Source: Dehalococcoidia bacterium
Lineage (GTDB): Bacteria; Chloroflexota; Dehalococcoidia; GIF9; AB-539-J10
Assembly: GCA_030612025.1 (NCBI GenBank)
Contig: JAUWOR010000002.1
Coordinates: 117,464-181,463, forward strand
DNA length: 64,000 nt
Reading direction: 5' to 3'
A model generated the notes under the pieces. It saw only the letters and a list, made by a program, of their open reading frames with translations. It had not been told where the DNA came from and searched no databases. Shown piece by piece: positions 12,667 to 22,179 of the stretch. How positions within the stretch are numbered: position 1 is the first letter of the stretch; every line of letters starts with the position of its first letter. Both the position numbers and the translations under genes were made by a program.

Positions 12667-13443
12667 TTAGCTGCGAAGCTCGTTATAAATGACAGGCGCC
12701 AGCTCTCGAAGACAATGTTGGATGGAATTAACAGTAGAACTATCAAATAGTGGAGTGATAGAGATCCTATCTAGCTGTAAAGCCCACATATCGCTGCCAA
12801 GTTTATTATGATGTAAATCTCCACAGCGCATAATACGGTAATACCCCTCTTCACTATCCTGTTCCCTTTCTACCATATCACAATAACTTTGCTCGCTTAG
12901 CCTGGTAATCTCTACCCCGCCAATTTCACTTACCTCCAGGTTAGGCAGGTTAACATTTAACAGGACTTTATTTGGCAAGCTCCCGTCCTTGACCTTGGCA
13001 GCTAGCAAAGCTGCTAGCTTGGCAGCAGTATCAAAATTCAAGTCCTCATAGGCATTCATCGAGATAGCTATGGATGGGATAGCATGCAAATAACCCTGGA
13101 GGGCAGCACCCACAGTGCCTGAGACAAAGATATCGCGACCTATATTAGGCCCTCTATTAATGCCAGAAACAACCAGAGCTATCTCCCCGGGAAGCAACAA
13201 CTTAACAGCTATGATGACACTATCAGCCGGCGTGCCCTCCACCGAGTAAACCTCTACCCCTTCTAACTTCGGCTCTATTTTACTTACTTTGATAGCTCGA
13301 TGAAGGCTAATAGAGGTTCCCACCCCGCTTTGCTCCTGATGAGGAGCTACCACCACCACCTGCCCTATCCTCTGAAGTCCCTTTGCCAATACCCAAAGCC
13401 CCGGAGCAGCTATGCCATCATCATTGGTAACCAGTATTTTCAT
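12667..13443 (-). CDS. surE: 5'/3'-nucleotidase SurE
   Basis: ILVTNDDG, EQSG, GTPAD, SGINRGPN, SGTVGAA. Confidence 0.95.
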   Translation of the reverse strand: MKILVTNDDGIAAPGLWVLAKGLQRIGQVVVVAPHQEQSGVGTSISLHRAIKVSKIEPKLEGVEVYSVEGTPADSVIIAVKLLLPGEIALVVSGINRGPNIGRDIFVSGTVGAALQGYLHAIPSIAISMNAYEDLNFDTAAKLAALLAAKVKDGSLPNKVLLNVNLPNLEVSEIGGVEITRLSEQSYCDMVEREQDSEEGYYRIMRCGDLHHNKLGSDMWALQLDRISITPLFDSSTVNSIQHCLRELAPVIYNELRS

Positions 13444-13486
13444 ATTTCCTTGCCACTATTTACTGAGACGCTAGCGCGAGGGGCTT

Positions 13487-13774
13487 TCACACTACATCAG
13501 GCTCCACAAGCTTCTCATCAACATAAAGGTCATAGGCATATGCAAACATGCCAGGCTGTACCTTTAGCACGCAAGGAACGCCAGAAACTTCAAAGTAAAC
13601 TTCGGGGTTGGGGAAAAATGATATTCCTATTGAGAGCGCTTTAGCCGGGAACATCCCCACTCGCTCACCATCAACCTCCACTACCCCTATCGCAAGCCAG
13701 GGTTTGCGCTTAACTACCACAGTATGCTTCCGACCACGAACTCTCACTGTCCAGGATTTACCCATTCTAGGCAT
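13487..13774 (-). CDS. Small beta-rich protein, FAIM-like
   Basis: RBS AGGAAAGGGG; W-x-V...H-x-V...VDG...FAYxYxLxV pattern. Confidence 0.65.
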   Translation of the reverse strand: MPRMGKSWTVRVRGRKHTVVVKRKPWLAIGVVEVDGERVGMFPAKALSIGISFFPNPEVYFEVSGVPCVLKVQPGMFAYAYDLYVDEKLVEPDVV

Positions 13775-13853
13775 CGTTTACCCCTTTCCTATCCTAATTT
13801 CTTAATCTTATGCTCTGATATTCTGCTTTCTCAGATAAGTTCTGTCAAGCACG

Positions 13854-14190
13854 TGTACTCGTTCATATGATTGGCGACACTTGATTTCCTCCCTTGTCAT
13901 TGCGAGCGAAGCGAAGCAATCTCCGTGGAAGTAGTAAGAACAATCGCCGATTCAAACCATCATTCTGACCTTGAGACCTGTAGTGGCGGAGTTCATCTCC
14001 GCCTCTACCTCGCCAGATAAGGGGATGGGAGCCGGGGGCACCCTTTTGGTCGGGGACAAGCCCCAACCCTACGGGGCTTTCTGCATATCATTCTGACTAA
14101 AGCGAAGGATTGCTCACCTAGCCTCTCCCTTGAAGGCAGAGGAACGGCAAAGGATGCCCTCCTCACAACTCCCTTTATTTGGCAAGGGAC
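13854..14190. repeat. Composite palindromic repeat cluster
   Basis: TGTACTCGTTCA..TGGCGACA terminus, GTCATTGCGAGCGAAGCGAAGCAATCT, GTAGTGGCGGAGTTCATCTCCGCC, GGTCGGGGACAAGCCCCAACCCTAC. Confidence 0.75.
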
Positions 14191-14221
14191 GTGAGGGTGG
14201 CAAAATAAACAATCTATTTAT

Positions 14222-14251
14222 TTGACACTCTTTGGTTTTTCTTGCTACACT
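14222..14251 (+). promoter_or_regulatory. Promoter of tRNA-Asp
   Basis: TTGACA-18 bp-TACACT with extended TG. Confidence 0.55.
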
Positions 14252-14278
14252 CCGTCTAGTAAGTTTTTCGGTTTTAAT

Positions 14279-14353
14279 GGCCCCGTGGTGTAGCGGTTTT
14301 AACATGCCACCCTGTCACGGTGGAGATCAGGGGTTCGAATCCCCTCGGGGTCG
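14279..14353 (+). tRNA. tRNA-Asp (GTC), CCA not encoded
   Basis: GGCCCCG acceptor stem, CCACC-CTGTCAC-GGTGG anticodon arm, GGTTCGAATCC. Confidence 0.95.
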
Positions 14354-14411
14354 TATTTACAATGGGACAAGTAAAATTTAGTTCCCCCCAAAAAAAAGCA
14401 CTAAGCCAACT

Positions 14412-15239
14412 TCACCTTCGCCTGCGCCTTCGAAATAGGGAAAGAAGCCACATCATTGCCAACACGCTGAAGAAGGGAGATATATGAATTCCGCTGCTGC
14501 CACCCCCTTTGGTAACAGTAGTGGAAGGTTTATCAGGTGGCTCCACCGCAATTATAGCTTCATTTTCAACTTCGTAAAACCCTAGCCTTTTTCCTATATA
14601 CCTCTCCGGCATCCAACCTAAAGGGTTGTTTCCACCAGTAGCTTCAGCCCAAATCCAGCCAGGCTCGCCATTGACAGACAGGATTTTATTAGCTTTCTTA
14701 TACTCCGGCAGATAAACCAATGCAGCAGTGTGGTCAGATGCCAATACTATAGCGGAACGAAAACCTGCCCCCTTATACATAACGGCAAGCAAAACGGCGT
14801 AATCCTCACAGTCGCCGTAGGCAAAGCCCTCTTCCTCGATAGTAGCTGCCAGTTCATCGGCATTCTGAGCAAACTCCGGAAAACCAAACTGGTCTGCATC
14901 TGAGGTATATTTAACTTTGCCGCGGGTAAAAGCAAAAATCTTCTCCGCCCTCTGATGAATATCAGCATAATCTTGGGCCAATTGCTGGCCGACCTGGTAA
15001 GCCTTATCAGCATTTTCTCCTAAGCTCTCACCTAGGATAATGGGGCAGAATTCCGTTTCAGAATAAACTTGGAAAAAACCATCCTCCCCAACAGCGTTAG
15101 TACGGCATATATCCCAATCATCAAAAACCTCGCCACCCTGCTTATAGAAGTTTGTTGATGATACCGCCAGGGCAGAAGCAGGCAGCATCACCAACAAGAT
15201 GGCTACAGAAAACAAAATGACCCTTAGATGTTTGGACAT
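14412..15239 (-). CDS. Secreted transglutaminase-like cysteine protease with C-terminal GG/TM/poly-Arg anchor
   Basis: Signal peptide; GDCEDYA...H...WAEAT triad pattern; tail GGGSSG-hydrophobic-RRRRRR. Confidence 0.78.
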   Translation of the reverse strand: MSKHLRVILFSVAILLVMLPASALAVSSTNFYKQGGEVFDDWDICRTNAVGEDGFFQVYSETEFCPIILGESLGENADKAYQVGQQLAQDYADIHQRAEKIFAFTRGKVKYTSDADQFGFPEFAQNADELAATIEEEGFAYGDCEDYAVLLAVMYKGAGFRSAIVLASDHTAALVYLPEYKKANKILSVNGEPGWIWAEATGGNNPLGWMPERYIGKRLGFYEVENEAIIAVEPPDKPSTTVTKGGGSSGIHISPFFSVLAMMWLLSLFRRRRRR

Positions 15240-15245
15240 AGCAGC

Positions 15246-15713
15246 TTACAAAGGCATGATTAGAGCAGCGTGAATTATCAAACCAAAGAAAACCAGATAA
15301 CCAAAAACATATATCCCTACGGCAACGGGATTCCGCTCAACGCTCCCAAAAGGTATTTTGGGCGTTAGTTTGTCTATGATGTAAAGCAAGGCTATGCCAA
15401 GAAGGAGGCTGACGAAAAAACTAACAGCTATCAACCCCAACCTCCTGGGTTCGACCAGGCTTTGCCAGAGCCCAGCACCAACCAAGACCGGCCCGGTTAC
15501 CACCCCGTGGATAACTAAACCTATTAAAATCGAGAACCCAGCAATAAAGAGTCCTACTGAAACGGGGTCTTCGCCTATTCTCTGCCGTTGGTGAATGTCT
15601 GGGGTAAGCGCATCCAATACCCTGATCCCAAGCCAGGCTAGAAAGGCACAAATGAACGTCCAGATTATGACTCGCCCCACCCAGAGCAATACAATTAGAT
15701 AAAAAGCACTCAT
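15246..15713 (-). CDS. Membrane protein with two DUF350-like repeats
   Basis: Twice D-x-LTP-x-I...V(S/A)VG...IH(G/A). Confidence 0.7.
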   Translation of the reverse strand: MSAFYLIVLLWVGRVIIWTFICAFLAWLGIRVLDALTPDIHQRQRIGEDPVSVGLFIAGFSILIGLVIHGVVTGPVLVGAGLWQSLVEPRRLGLIAVSFFVSLLLGIALLYIIDKLTPKIPFGSVERNPVAVGIYVFGYLVFFGLIIHAALIMPL

Positions 15714-15799
15714 AGCATTCTTCTCCTTAAAGGATATCTATATTTTATTCAGTGTTATAAGCCTACCTCAAGCCAACCCACATTTGCAAGCTCTGCTCT

Positions 15800-16590
15800 T
15801 TGTCATTGCGGGCATAAAAGGTGGGGATGAACCCCGCCACTACGATTGGCTTTCCCTCTGTAGTACGACCCTTCAGAGTCGTGCGGCACGAGGCTAAAGC
15901 CTCGCACTACCGGCTGCCTTTCGTAGGGTCGGGGCTTGCCCCCGACCGAAGTATGAATGCATGGCAATAAAGGCATAACAATCGTAGGGGCGAAGCTTCA
16001 TAATGGTCCTCTCTCCCCTCGCGGGAGAGAGTTAGAGTGAGGGGGATACAGAGGCGCCTTGTAGGGTCGGGGCTTATCCCCGACCAAGGTATGAATGTAT
16101 GACTCCCATCCTTGCGAGGAGAAATAAATAGGCAATCTTTTGGTAGTACCCTCGTAGTGCGACCCTTCAGGGTCGTGCAGTTACCTGGGCACGAGGCTAC
16201 CCCGTGTAGTAATCTTCGCTACTACACAGGGCTAAAGCCTCGCACTACGAAGTACTGACTTAATCCTCTCCCTTAAAGGAAGAGAAATTTCGGCTCGCAA
16301 TGACGAGAGGGCTATCATTGCCAGGAGCTTTGCGGTTGCGAGGCGTAGCCGAAGCAAACTCGGAGTTGGATCCCCCGCTTGCGCTCGGAACAAGCTCCGC
16401 AATCCAGGGGGAGGAATGAGATTGCTTCGCGTCGCTCGCAATGACAAGGAAGGAAAACATATGTCACCAATCACATGAACGAGTTCGCTCTCTTTATCTT
16501 GCCAGCAAAAGATGCTAACCTAAAGAGATTCTTCGCCGAGTTTATCCTGAGCTGTATCAGATTCTTCGCTACGCTCAGAATGACAAGAAG
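15800..16590. repeat. Large mosaic of GTAG-, GTCATT- and CCCTCACC-type palindromes
   Basis: At least eight recognisable units, some nested in one another. Confidence 0.85.
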
Positions 16591-16608
16591 GGAATAGAGA
16601 CTTCAACG

Positions 16609-17244
16609 ATGAAAACTTTGGTTCAATGCGATTTCGATGGCACCATTACTGAAGAGGATGCTAGCTTCTTTCTTCTAGATGCCTTCGCCCAAGGCGATTG
16701 GCGGCAAGTGTTGCAGGAGTATAAGGAGCACAAGATATCTGTGGGTGAGTTCAACACCAGAGCCTTCGCCATGGTCAAAGCTGACAAGGAGACATTGCTT
16801 GAGGCTATAAAGGGCAAAGTCAAAATACGAGCTGGATTTCACAAACTGGTAAGTTACTGTAAAAAGAGAGATTCCAGGTTTGTCATTGTGAGCAACGGGT
16901 TGGAGTTCTACATAAAGGCAATACTAAAAGACATCGGCTTGGAAAACCTTGAGGTATATGCGGCGCAAAGCTCGTTCCACCCAGAAGAAACGAAAGTCCA
17001 ATATATAGGGCCGGATGGGAGTCAATTAGACGATGGCCTGAAAGAGGCGTATATCAAATCATTTCTGAGACAGGGCTACAGGGTGATATATGTCGGCAAT
17101 GGTGACTCTGATATCGTCCCGGCAAAGTATGCTCACCAAATCCTGGCCAGAGGTGAGCTGCTAGCTTATTGTAGGGAGAATAACCTTAAATGTAAGCCCT
17201 TTAATGACTTTACCGATGTTGTTAGGGCTTTGGAACTTCTGTAG
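16609..17244 (+). CDS. HAD-IB phosphatase, MtnX-like
   Basis: CDFDGTIT, VSNG, K and GNGDSD motifs. Confidence 0.85.
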   Translation: MKTLVQCDFDGTITEEDASFFLLDAFAQGDWRQVLQEYKEHKISVGEFNTRAFAMVKADKETLLEAIKGKVKIRAGFHKLVSYCKKRDSRFVIVSNGLEFYIKAILKDIGLENLEVYAAQSSFHPEETKVQYIGPDGSQLDDGLKEAYIKSFLRQGYRVIYVGNGDSDIVPAKYAHQILARGELLAYCRENNLKCKPFNDFTDVVRALELL

Positions 17245-17398
17245 CTTCATCATTATATTCCATAATGCTATAATCAGTAAGCTGATAAGGAAATAACTCT
17301 CTGCTCAGGGTGATAGCTAAACACTCCCGGGCAAAATATGCCATGGTATATCAATGGGCTAAGCGAAATGTTCCCAGGTATTTTTGGGGATGTGAAAC

Positions 17399-17713
17399 AT
17401 GTTTAGACCTCGTATTTATATTGACACCTCCGTGATAGGAGCACGTGACAATATTGAATACGTTTCTCTTAATGAGGAGTCAATTACACTTGCTAGTGCT
17501 TACCTTGAGGATGGTGTTGTAGCTGAGAGTAGTCTTTCAGACGCACGACATATAGCAATTGCCACAGTAGAGCAAGTGGACATTTTGCTAAGCTGGAATT
17601 ATAAACACATAGTCAACCTAAACCGCATTCGTCTATTGAATTCGGTAAATCTAAAGTTAGGATACCCTGCACTTGAAATTAGAAGTCCAAGGGAGGTGCT
17701 TTATGCAAGGTAA
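17399..17713 (+). pseudogene. PIN-domain toxin, apparently internally deleted
   Basis: IYIDTSVIG joined directly to IEYVSL; DARHIAIA and SWNYKHIVN retained; only 104 aa. Confidence 0.6.
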
Positions 17714-17849
17714 GAAATTTGACGCTGTGGAGATGAAGCGCCAGTTACAGAAGGAGGCTGAACTGAAACTATCTCATTTGTCAGAAAAAGAGCAACTGGA
17801 ACTATTACATAGGAAGTTTGGGCATTTGGTAAAACAAAAAGTACGCTAG
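17703..17849 (+). CDS. Small putative antitoxin (48 aa, MQGKKFDAVEMKRQLQ...)
   Basis: GGAGG RBS inside the PIN gene end; too short for the ORF track; typical partner of this PIN subfamily. Confidence 0.6.
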   Translation: MQGKKFDAVEMKRQLQKEAELKLSHLSEKEQLELLHRKFGHLVKQKVR

Positions 17850-17913
17850 GGAAGCGACTCATGGGCTCCCGTAATGGAAGAGAAAAATTCATCCCCACCT
17901 ACTCTTGTAGCTG

Positions 17914-20667
17914 CTATTCGAACTTCTGCCCTCCACTCAGCTCGAATTCCCCACCTTCAATTATCTCTAGCATTACATCTACCACATCGGGAGCATACTT
18001 TGTTCCCCTGCCGCTCCTGAGCTCTCTCAGAATCTCCGCTATACTCCTTGCCGGGCGATAAGGGCGGTGGGAACTCATCGCCTCCACCACATCGCAGACT
18101 CCTAGAATACGAACTTCCAGGCTCAACTTATCACCGCTGATGCCGTGGGGATAGCCCGAGCCATCCAGCCGCTCGTGATGATGCAAGGCCATATCAGCCA
18201 CTGGCCAGGGGAGGTTTGTGTCTTTCAATATTAGGTAACCTTGTTTGGTATGAGCATGGATAAGACTCCATTCCTCATCACTTAGCCTCCCGGGCTTGGC
18301 GAGAATGCTTTCTGGAGTAGAGACCTTGCCAATATCGTGGAGCAAGCCACCAATGTATAGCCCCTGGAGTCTATTCTTATCCAATCCCATCTTTTCACCG
18401 ACAAGACGAGCTAGCTCGGCTACCCTCCGCTGGTGACCTGAGGTATAGGGGTCTCGGGACTCCATGGCCCGGGAAACAGTTTCCGCCAGGTCAATAAAGG
18501 AATTCTCAAGCTGCTCTTGTGCTTTCTTGCGCTCAGTGATGTCCCTGTAGATGGCAAACATACCTACTCGCTTGTCACCAATCATGATGGGTGCTCCAAG
18601 GATGGAAACGGGAATTTCTACTCCGTCAGCTCTTTTCCTAATAGACTCTGCCACGACAACCTCTCCCTCCCAAGTCCTCCTGCTGAGACTCCTCCCTTCC
18701 TTCTTTCTGCTTCTTGGAATGATGTAGTCATCAATGTCTTTCCCCTTTATATCCTCCAACTTATATCCAAACATCTTCTCAAAAACAGGGTTTAGGTCTA
18801 CAATCCGGTTCTGTATGTCAAGAGAGACCACAGCCTCAGGAGAGTTCTCAAACAGAGATTGGAAATACTTCTTTTGATACTTGACTTCTTCCTCCGCCTG
18901 CTTGCGCTCGGCCAGTTGTTGCTGAACTGCCTCGTACAGCCGCGCGTTCTCGATCGCCACGGCGATTTGGTCAGCCAGGGTCTCCATTAGCATCACGTCG
19001 GCCTCATCGAAGGCATCGAATTCATCACTCTGTATATCGAGCACGCCGATGACCTTCTGCCCCCTCTTGCTAGGTACCGCTAGTTCCGACTTTGTTTCCT
19101 CGTCCGCCTCGCGCACGTAATGGGGGTCCTTGCTGACATTCCCGCTGACCTGAGTTTTGCCGCTCGCTGCCGCGTATCCTGTCATCCCTTCCCCGATGGC
19201 ATGATAGAGGTCCCTGGGAAAGATGTCTGCGTAGCCGCCTGCGATGGATTGCATAGTCAGGCGTTGGGCCTCCTCGTCAACCAGCAGTATCATCACGCCA
19301 TAGTAATCAAAGGCATCACGCACAGCGGTCACGATTTCAGACAACAACTCATCCAGTTCTAACTTGCTGCTCACGCGCTGACTTACTTCATAGCCCAGCA
19401 CAGCCTGAGATGCTCGCCGCTTGATCTCCTCCTCCACCCGCTTTCGCCCGGTGATGTCTTCATAAGTAACTACGATTCTCCTCTCCTTTAAGCTCTCACC
19501 TATTCTCGAGTCACTCACCAGGCATATGATATCCCTACCATCCTTGCGTCGGCAGGGAAATTCCAGACTGTAAGTTTGCTGTCTCTCAAGCGCAGGATAA
19601 GCGCGTCTGGCGATTTCCTCATATTCTTCCTCAGACCGATATAGCACTCTGGTAGTTTTGCCGATTAATTCCTCAGGCTTCCAGCCAAAAACAGCCTCCA
19701 CACCCTTATTGGCGAAGACAATGCGGCGCTCGTGCAAACCAATAACTGCATGAGGAACAGCCCCCAAGATAGAAGATTCCAGGGCTTCCAACTCCTGCAG
19801 CTTACTCCTTGCCTCCTTCTGCTCGGTGATGTCATGATAGATTACCTGGAATTGTGTTTCCCCACCCCACATTACCACCCTACGAAACACTTCCAGCTGC
19901 CGAACTTCGCCATCTTTACGGACGATACTTATTTCATAATGAGGCGGGACGAACTTCCCCAGTTTCCTCTTTTCTTTCCTTTCCTGGTGCTCAACATAGC
20001 TTTCCGGAGTATAGCGATTGCTTCTAGGCACAGCCTCCAGTTCCTCAAGGCTGCTGTAGCCATAAATGTCCAGAATAGCCTGATTAACATAAAGAGTTTC
20101 TCCTTCTGCCGAAACAATGCGAATGCCTAAAGGGGAATTATCCAAAGAGCTTCGGAAATTCTGTTCTGATGCCCGCAGCGCTTCCTCCGCCCGCTTGCGC
20201 TCGGTGATGTCGCTACCGTTGATCAGTATCCCTATCTGCTTTTCTTTTTCATAAACAGGTGCAGACCCCGGCGCTATCTCGAGATCTCTTATCTCACCGG
20301 ACCTTGTCTTTATCTTAACTTGCAACATCGGTTGTGGCCGGCCAAGAAATTCTTGTACCAGCGCGTAGAATGCCTTGGCGACGGAATCTTTAGTTAAGAA
20401 CTTTAAGATGGATTGACCGACAAGTTGTTCTTTGGGATAACCTGAAGCGTCCACGGCTTTCTTATTGGCGAAAAGTATCTTGCCTTTCCTGCTGAGAACG
20501 AGGATGATTTCATCTAAATTCTCTACAAGGAATCTATACTTCTGTTCGGATTCTTTCAGCGCCTCCTCCGCCCGCTTTCGCTCGGCCTTTTCTTGCTCTA
20601 GCTCAGCTACTCCCCGGCACAGTGATTCTATTTCTGCAGTAAGTTGTTCTTTCGTCTTATCTTCCAT
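17914..20667 (-). CDS. PAS(x4)-GAF-HD-GYP c-di-GMP phosphodiesterase
   Basis: Repeated DITE PAC ends, GAF domain, LHDIGK, HHERLDGSGYP, RPYR. Confidence 0.92.
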   Translation of the reverse strand: MEDKTKEQLTAEIESLCRGVAELEQEKAERKRAEEALKESEQKYRFLVENLDEIILVLSRKGKILFANKKAVDASGYPKEQLVGQSILKFLTKDSVAKAFYALVQEFLGRPQPMLQVKIKTRSGEIRDLEIAPGSAPVYEKEKQIGILINGSDITERKRAEEALRASEQNFRSSLDNSPLGIRIVSAEGETLYVNQAILDIYGYSSLEELEAVPRSNRYTPESYVEHQERKEKRKLGKFVPPHYEISIVRKDGEVRQLEVFRRVVMWGGETQFQVIYHDITEQKEARSKLQELEALESSILGAVPHAVIGLHERRIVFANKGVEAVFGWKPEELIGKTTRVLYRSEEEYEEIARRAYPALERQQTYSLEFPCRRKDGRDIICLVSDSRIGESLKERRIVVTYEDITGRKRVEEEIKRRASQAVLGYEVSQRVSSKLELDELLSEIVTAVRDAFDYYGVMILLVDEEAQRLTMQSIAGGYADIFPRDLYHAIGEGMTGYAAASGKTQVSGNVSKDPHYVREADEETKSELAVPSKRGQKVIGVLDIQSDEFDAFDEADVMLMETLADQIAVAIENARLYEAVQQQLAERKQAEEEVKYQKKYFQSLFENSPEAVVSLDIQNRIVDLNPVFEKMFGYKLEDIKGKDIDDYIIPRSRKKEGRSLSRRTWEGEVVVAESIRKRADGVEIPVSILGAPIMIGDKRVGMFAIYRDITERKKAQEQLENSFIDLAETVSRAMESRDPYTSGHQRRVAELARLVGEKMGLDKNRLQGLYIGGLLHDIGKVSTPESILAKPGRLSDEEWSLIHAHTKQGYLILKDTNLPWPVADMALHHHERLDGSGYPHGISGDKLSLEVRILGVCDVVEAMSSHRPYRPARSIAEILRELRSGRGTKYAPDVVDVMLEIIEGGEFELSGGQKFE

Positions 20668-20777
20668 ATCTACCCCTTGTAGTTAACGACAAAATCTTCT
20701 ATGAGTCACCCTCACCTCAATCCTCTCCCTTGACGGGAGAGGAATATTCGCATTGCGGAAGTAATTCGAGCCAACAT

Positions 20778-21002
20778 TCAACTATGCGTTTTATGCACTT
20801 CATTTTTGGATTTATCCAAGAAATCAACAATATCCTCCCGCCTGAACCTTAAACTACGGCGAGGGCCGATGCTATATGATTTCAGCAGTCCTTTTTTCTC
20901 CCACCTCCTGACCGTATTGGGATGAATATTGAGAATAGAGGCAACTTCCTTTACAGTGAGCATCTTTTGAGGTAGTTTATTCTCATGACCTTCTGTATCC
21001 AT
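20778..21002 (-). CDS. Small MerR-like/excisionase-type HTH protein (BldC-like)
   Basis: LTVKEVASILNIHPNTVRRWEKKG...RFRREDI. Confidence 0.85.
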   Translation of the reverse strand: MDTEGHENKLPQKMLTVKEVASILNIHPNTVRRWEKKGLLKSYSIGPRRSLRFRREDIVDFLDKSKNEVHKTHS

Positions 21003-21073
21003 TATTATCCTCTCCTATGTTATAAGTAACCATTGGCTATTTCAAATATACATTGGCTTCTTCTTAAACACAA

Positions 21074-21112
21074 TAGGAATTTAGTCCCAAAAATGGTAGG
21101 AGTTTAGTCCTC
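21074..21112. promoter_or_regulatory. Tandem quasi-palindromic operator-like sites
   Basis: TAGGAATTTAGTCCCA and TAGGAGTTTAGTCCTC, 23 bp period. Confidence 0.5.
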
Positions 21113-21147
21113 GATATGATGCTTGATTGAAGATAAGGCTGAAGAAG

Positions 21148-21435
21148 TGAGATTGCCACGCTGTGCATCCGCTTCGCTCGCAATGACGAGAGGGGTGTCA
21201 TTGCGAGGAGTAGCATTATCGTAGTGCGACCCTTCAGGGTCGTGCATTGACGTGGGCACGAGGCTGAAGCCTCGCACTACGAACTACTGCCCAATGGCTG
21301 GCAACAATATTATAGCCCAGCTCTGAACAGAGCGAAGGGACATCGGACAGGAGGGAACTGCCGAAGCAATCCCAAGTTATCTTTCGTAGCTATGGGCCTT
21401 TAGACCCACAGTGCTAGGCTAAAGCCTCGCACTAC
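21148..21435. repeat. Palindromic repeat cluster (GTCATTGCGAG family plus GTAG REPs)
   Basis: CTCGCAATGAC, GTCATTGCGAGG, two GTAG...CTAC doublets. Confidence 0.75.
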
Positions 21436-21453
21436 AACTCAATGTTATGTTTG

Positions 21454-22014
21454 TTACAATTCCAGCTCTGAGGCGATGCCCTTCATCGCCTCAAGGCCTA
21501 AGGCGACGAATTCCTCCAGTTCCAATCCAATTTCCTGGCAGCTAAGCAATTGTTCTCGGCTAACTCCGGCAGCAAATCTTTTCTCACGGAAGCGTTTCAT
21601 CACCGATTTGGTGGTCAATCCATTTAGTTTATCGGGGCGAACCAAGGCAGCAGCGGTAATAAGCCCACTCAAAGGGTCGGCGCAAAAAAGCGCCTTATCT
21701 AATGTTGTTTCCCGGGGGATGCCATGGGCTTCATTGTGGCATAAGATAGCATGAGCCATTTTTTCACTAGCCCCAAGCTCTTGCGCTATATCAGACCCCA
21801 GTTTACTGTGGCTACCGGGATCACGTTCGACCAACTCTACATCTATGTCATGCAGGAGCCCGGTAAGTCCCCATTCCTCTTCATCCTCCCCTAATTTTTT
21901 AGCCAGGGCACGCATAATTGCCTCGGTAGCTAACATGTGCTTTACCATGTTCTTATCCTGAACATTGACTCGTATGGAGTCAAGGATTTCGTCTCTATTC
22001 ACCTTTGCGCCCAT
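21454..22014 (-). CDS. HD-domain phosphohydrolase
   Basis: KHMLA, LLHDID, CHN, ADPLSG. Confidence 0.85.
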   Translation of the reverse strand: MGAKVNRDEILDSIRVNVQDKNMVKHMLATEAIMRALAKKLGEDEEEWGLTGLLHDIDVELVERDPGSHSKLGSDIAQELGASEKMAHAILCHNEAHGIPRETTLDKALFCADPLSGLITAAALVRPDKLNGLTTKSVMKRFREKRFAAGVSREQLLSCQEIGLELEEFVALGLEAMKGIASELEL

Positions 22015-22057
22015 AATAAGAGGTCTCCCCTTTTTATCACCCTCACTTTATTCCTCA

Positions 22058-22175
22058 AGGCTGTTTAATTTTGATTCTTTGTTCAATTTCAGCCCTCTCA
22101 GAGGTGTTTCACCCCCAAATTTTTGTAGTTGCCTGATTTATCAGGCACAGTCGCCCAATAAATTGGGCTTTTACC
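22058..22175. mobile_element. Truncated copy of the 141-bp element with type B REP cargo
   Basis: AGGCTGTTTAATTTTG...TTCACCCCCAAATTTTT-GTAGTTGCCTGATTTATCAGGCA..CGCCCAATAAATTGGGC. Confidence 0.65.
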
Positions 22176-22179
22176 ACCA

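Noticed and set aside
12283-16474. Short ORFs at 12283, 12347, 13863, 14114, 16232 and 16260
   Set aside because: They are translations of repeat elements with no RBS or domain support
15800-16590. Dense repeats as a possible CRISPR array or integron attC array
   Set aside because: No constant repeat-spacer period, no cas or integrase gene; the units are REP-type palindromes of several families
20778-21002. Excisionase marking a prophage or ICE
   Set aside because: No integrase, att pair or phage genes nearby; treated as a regulator
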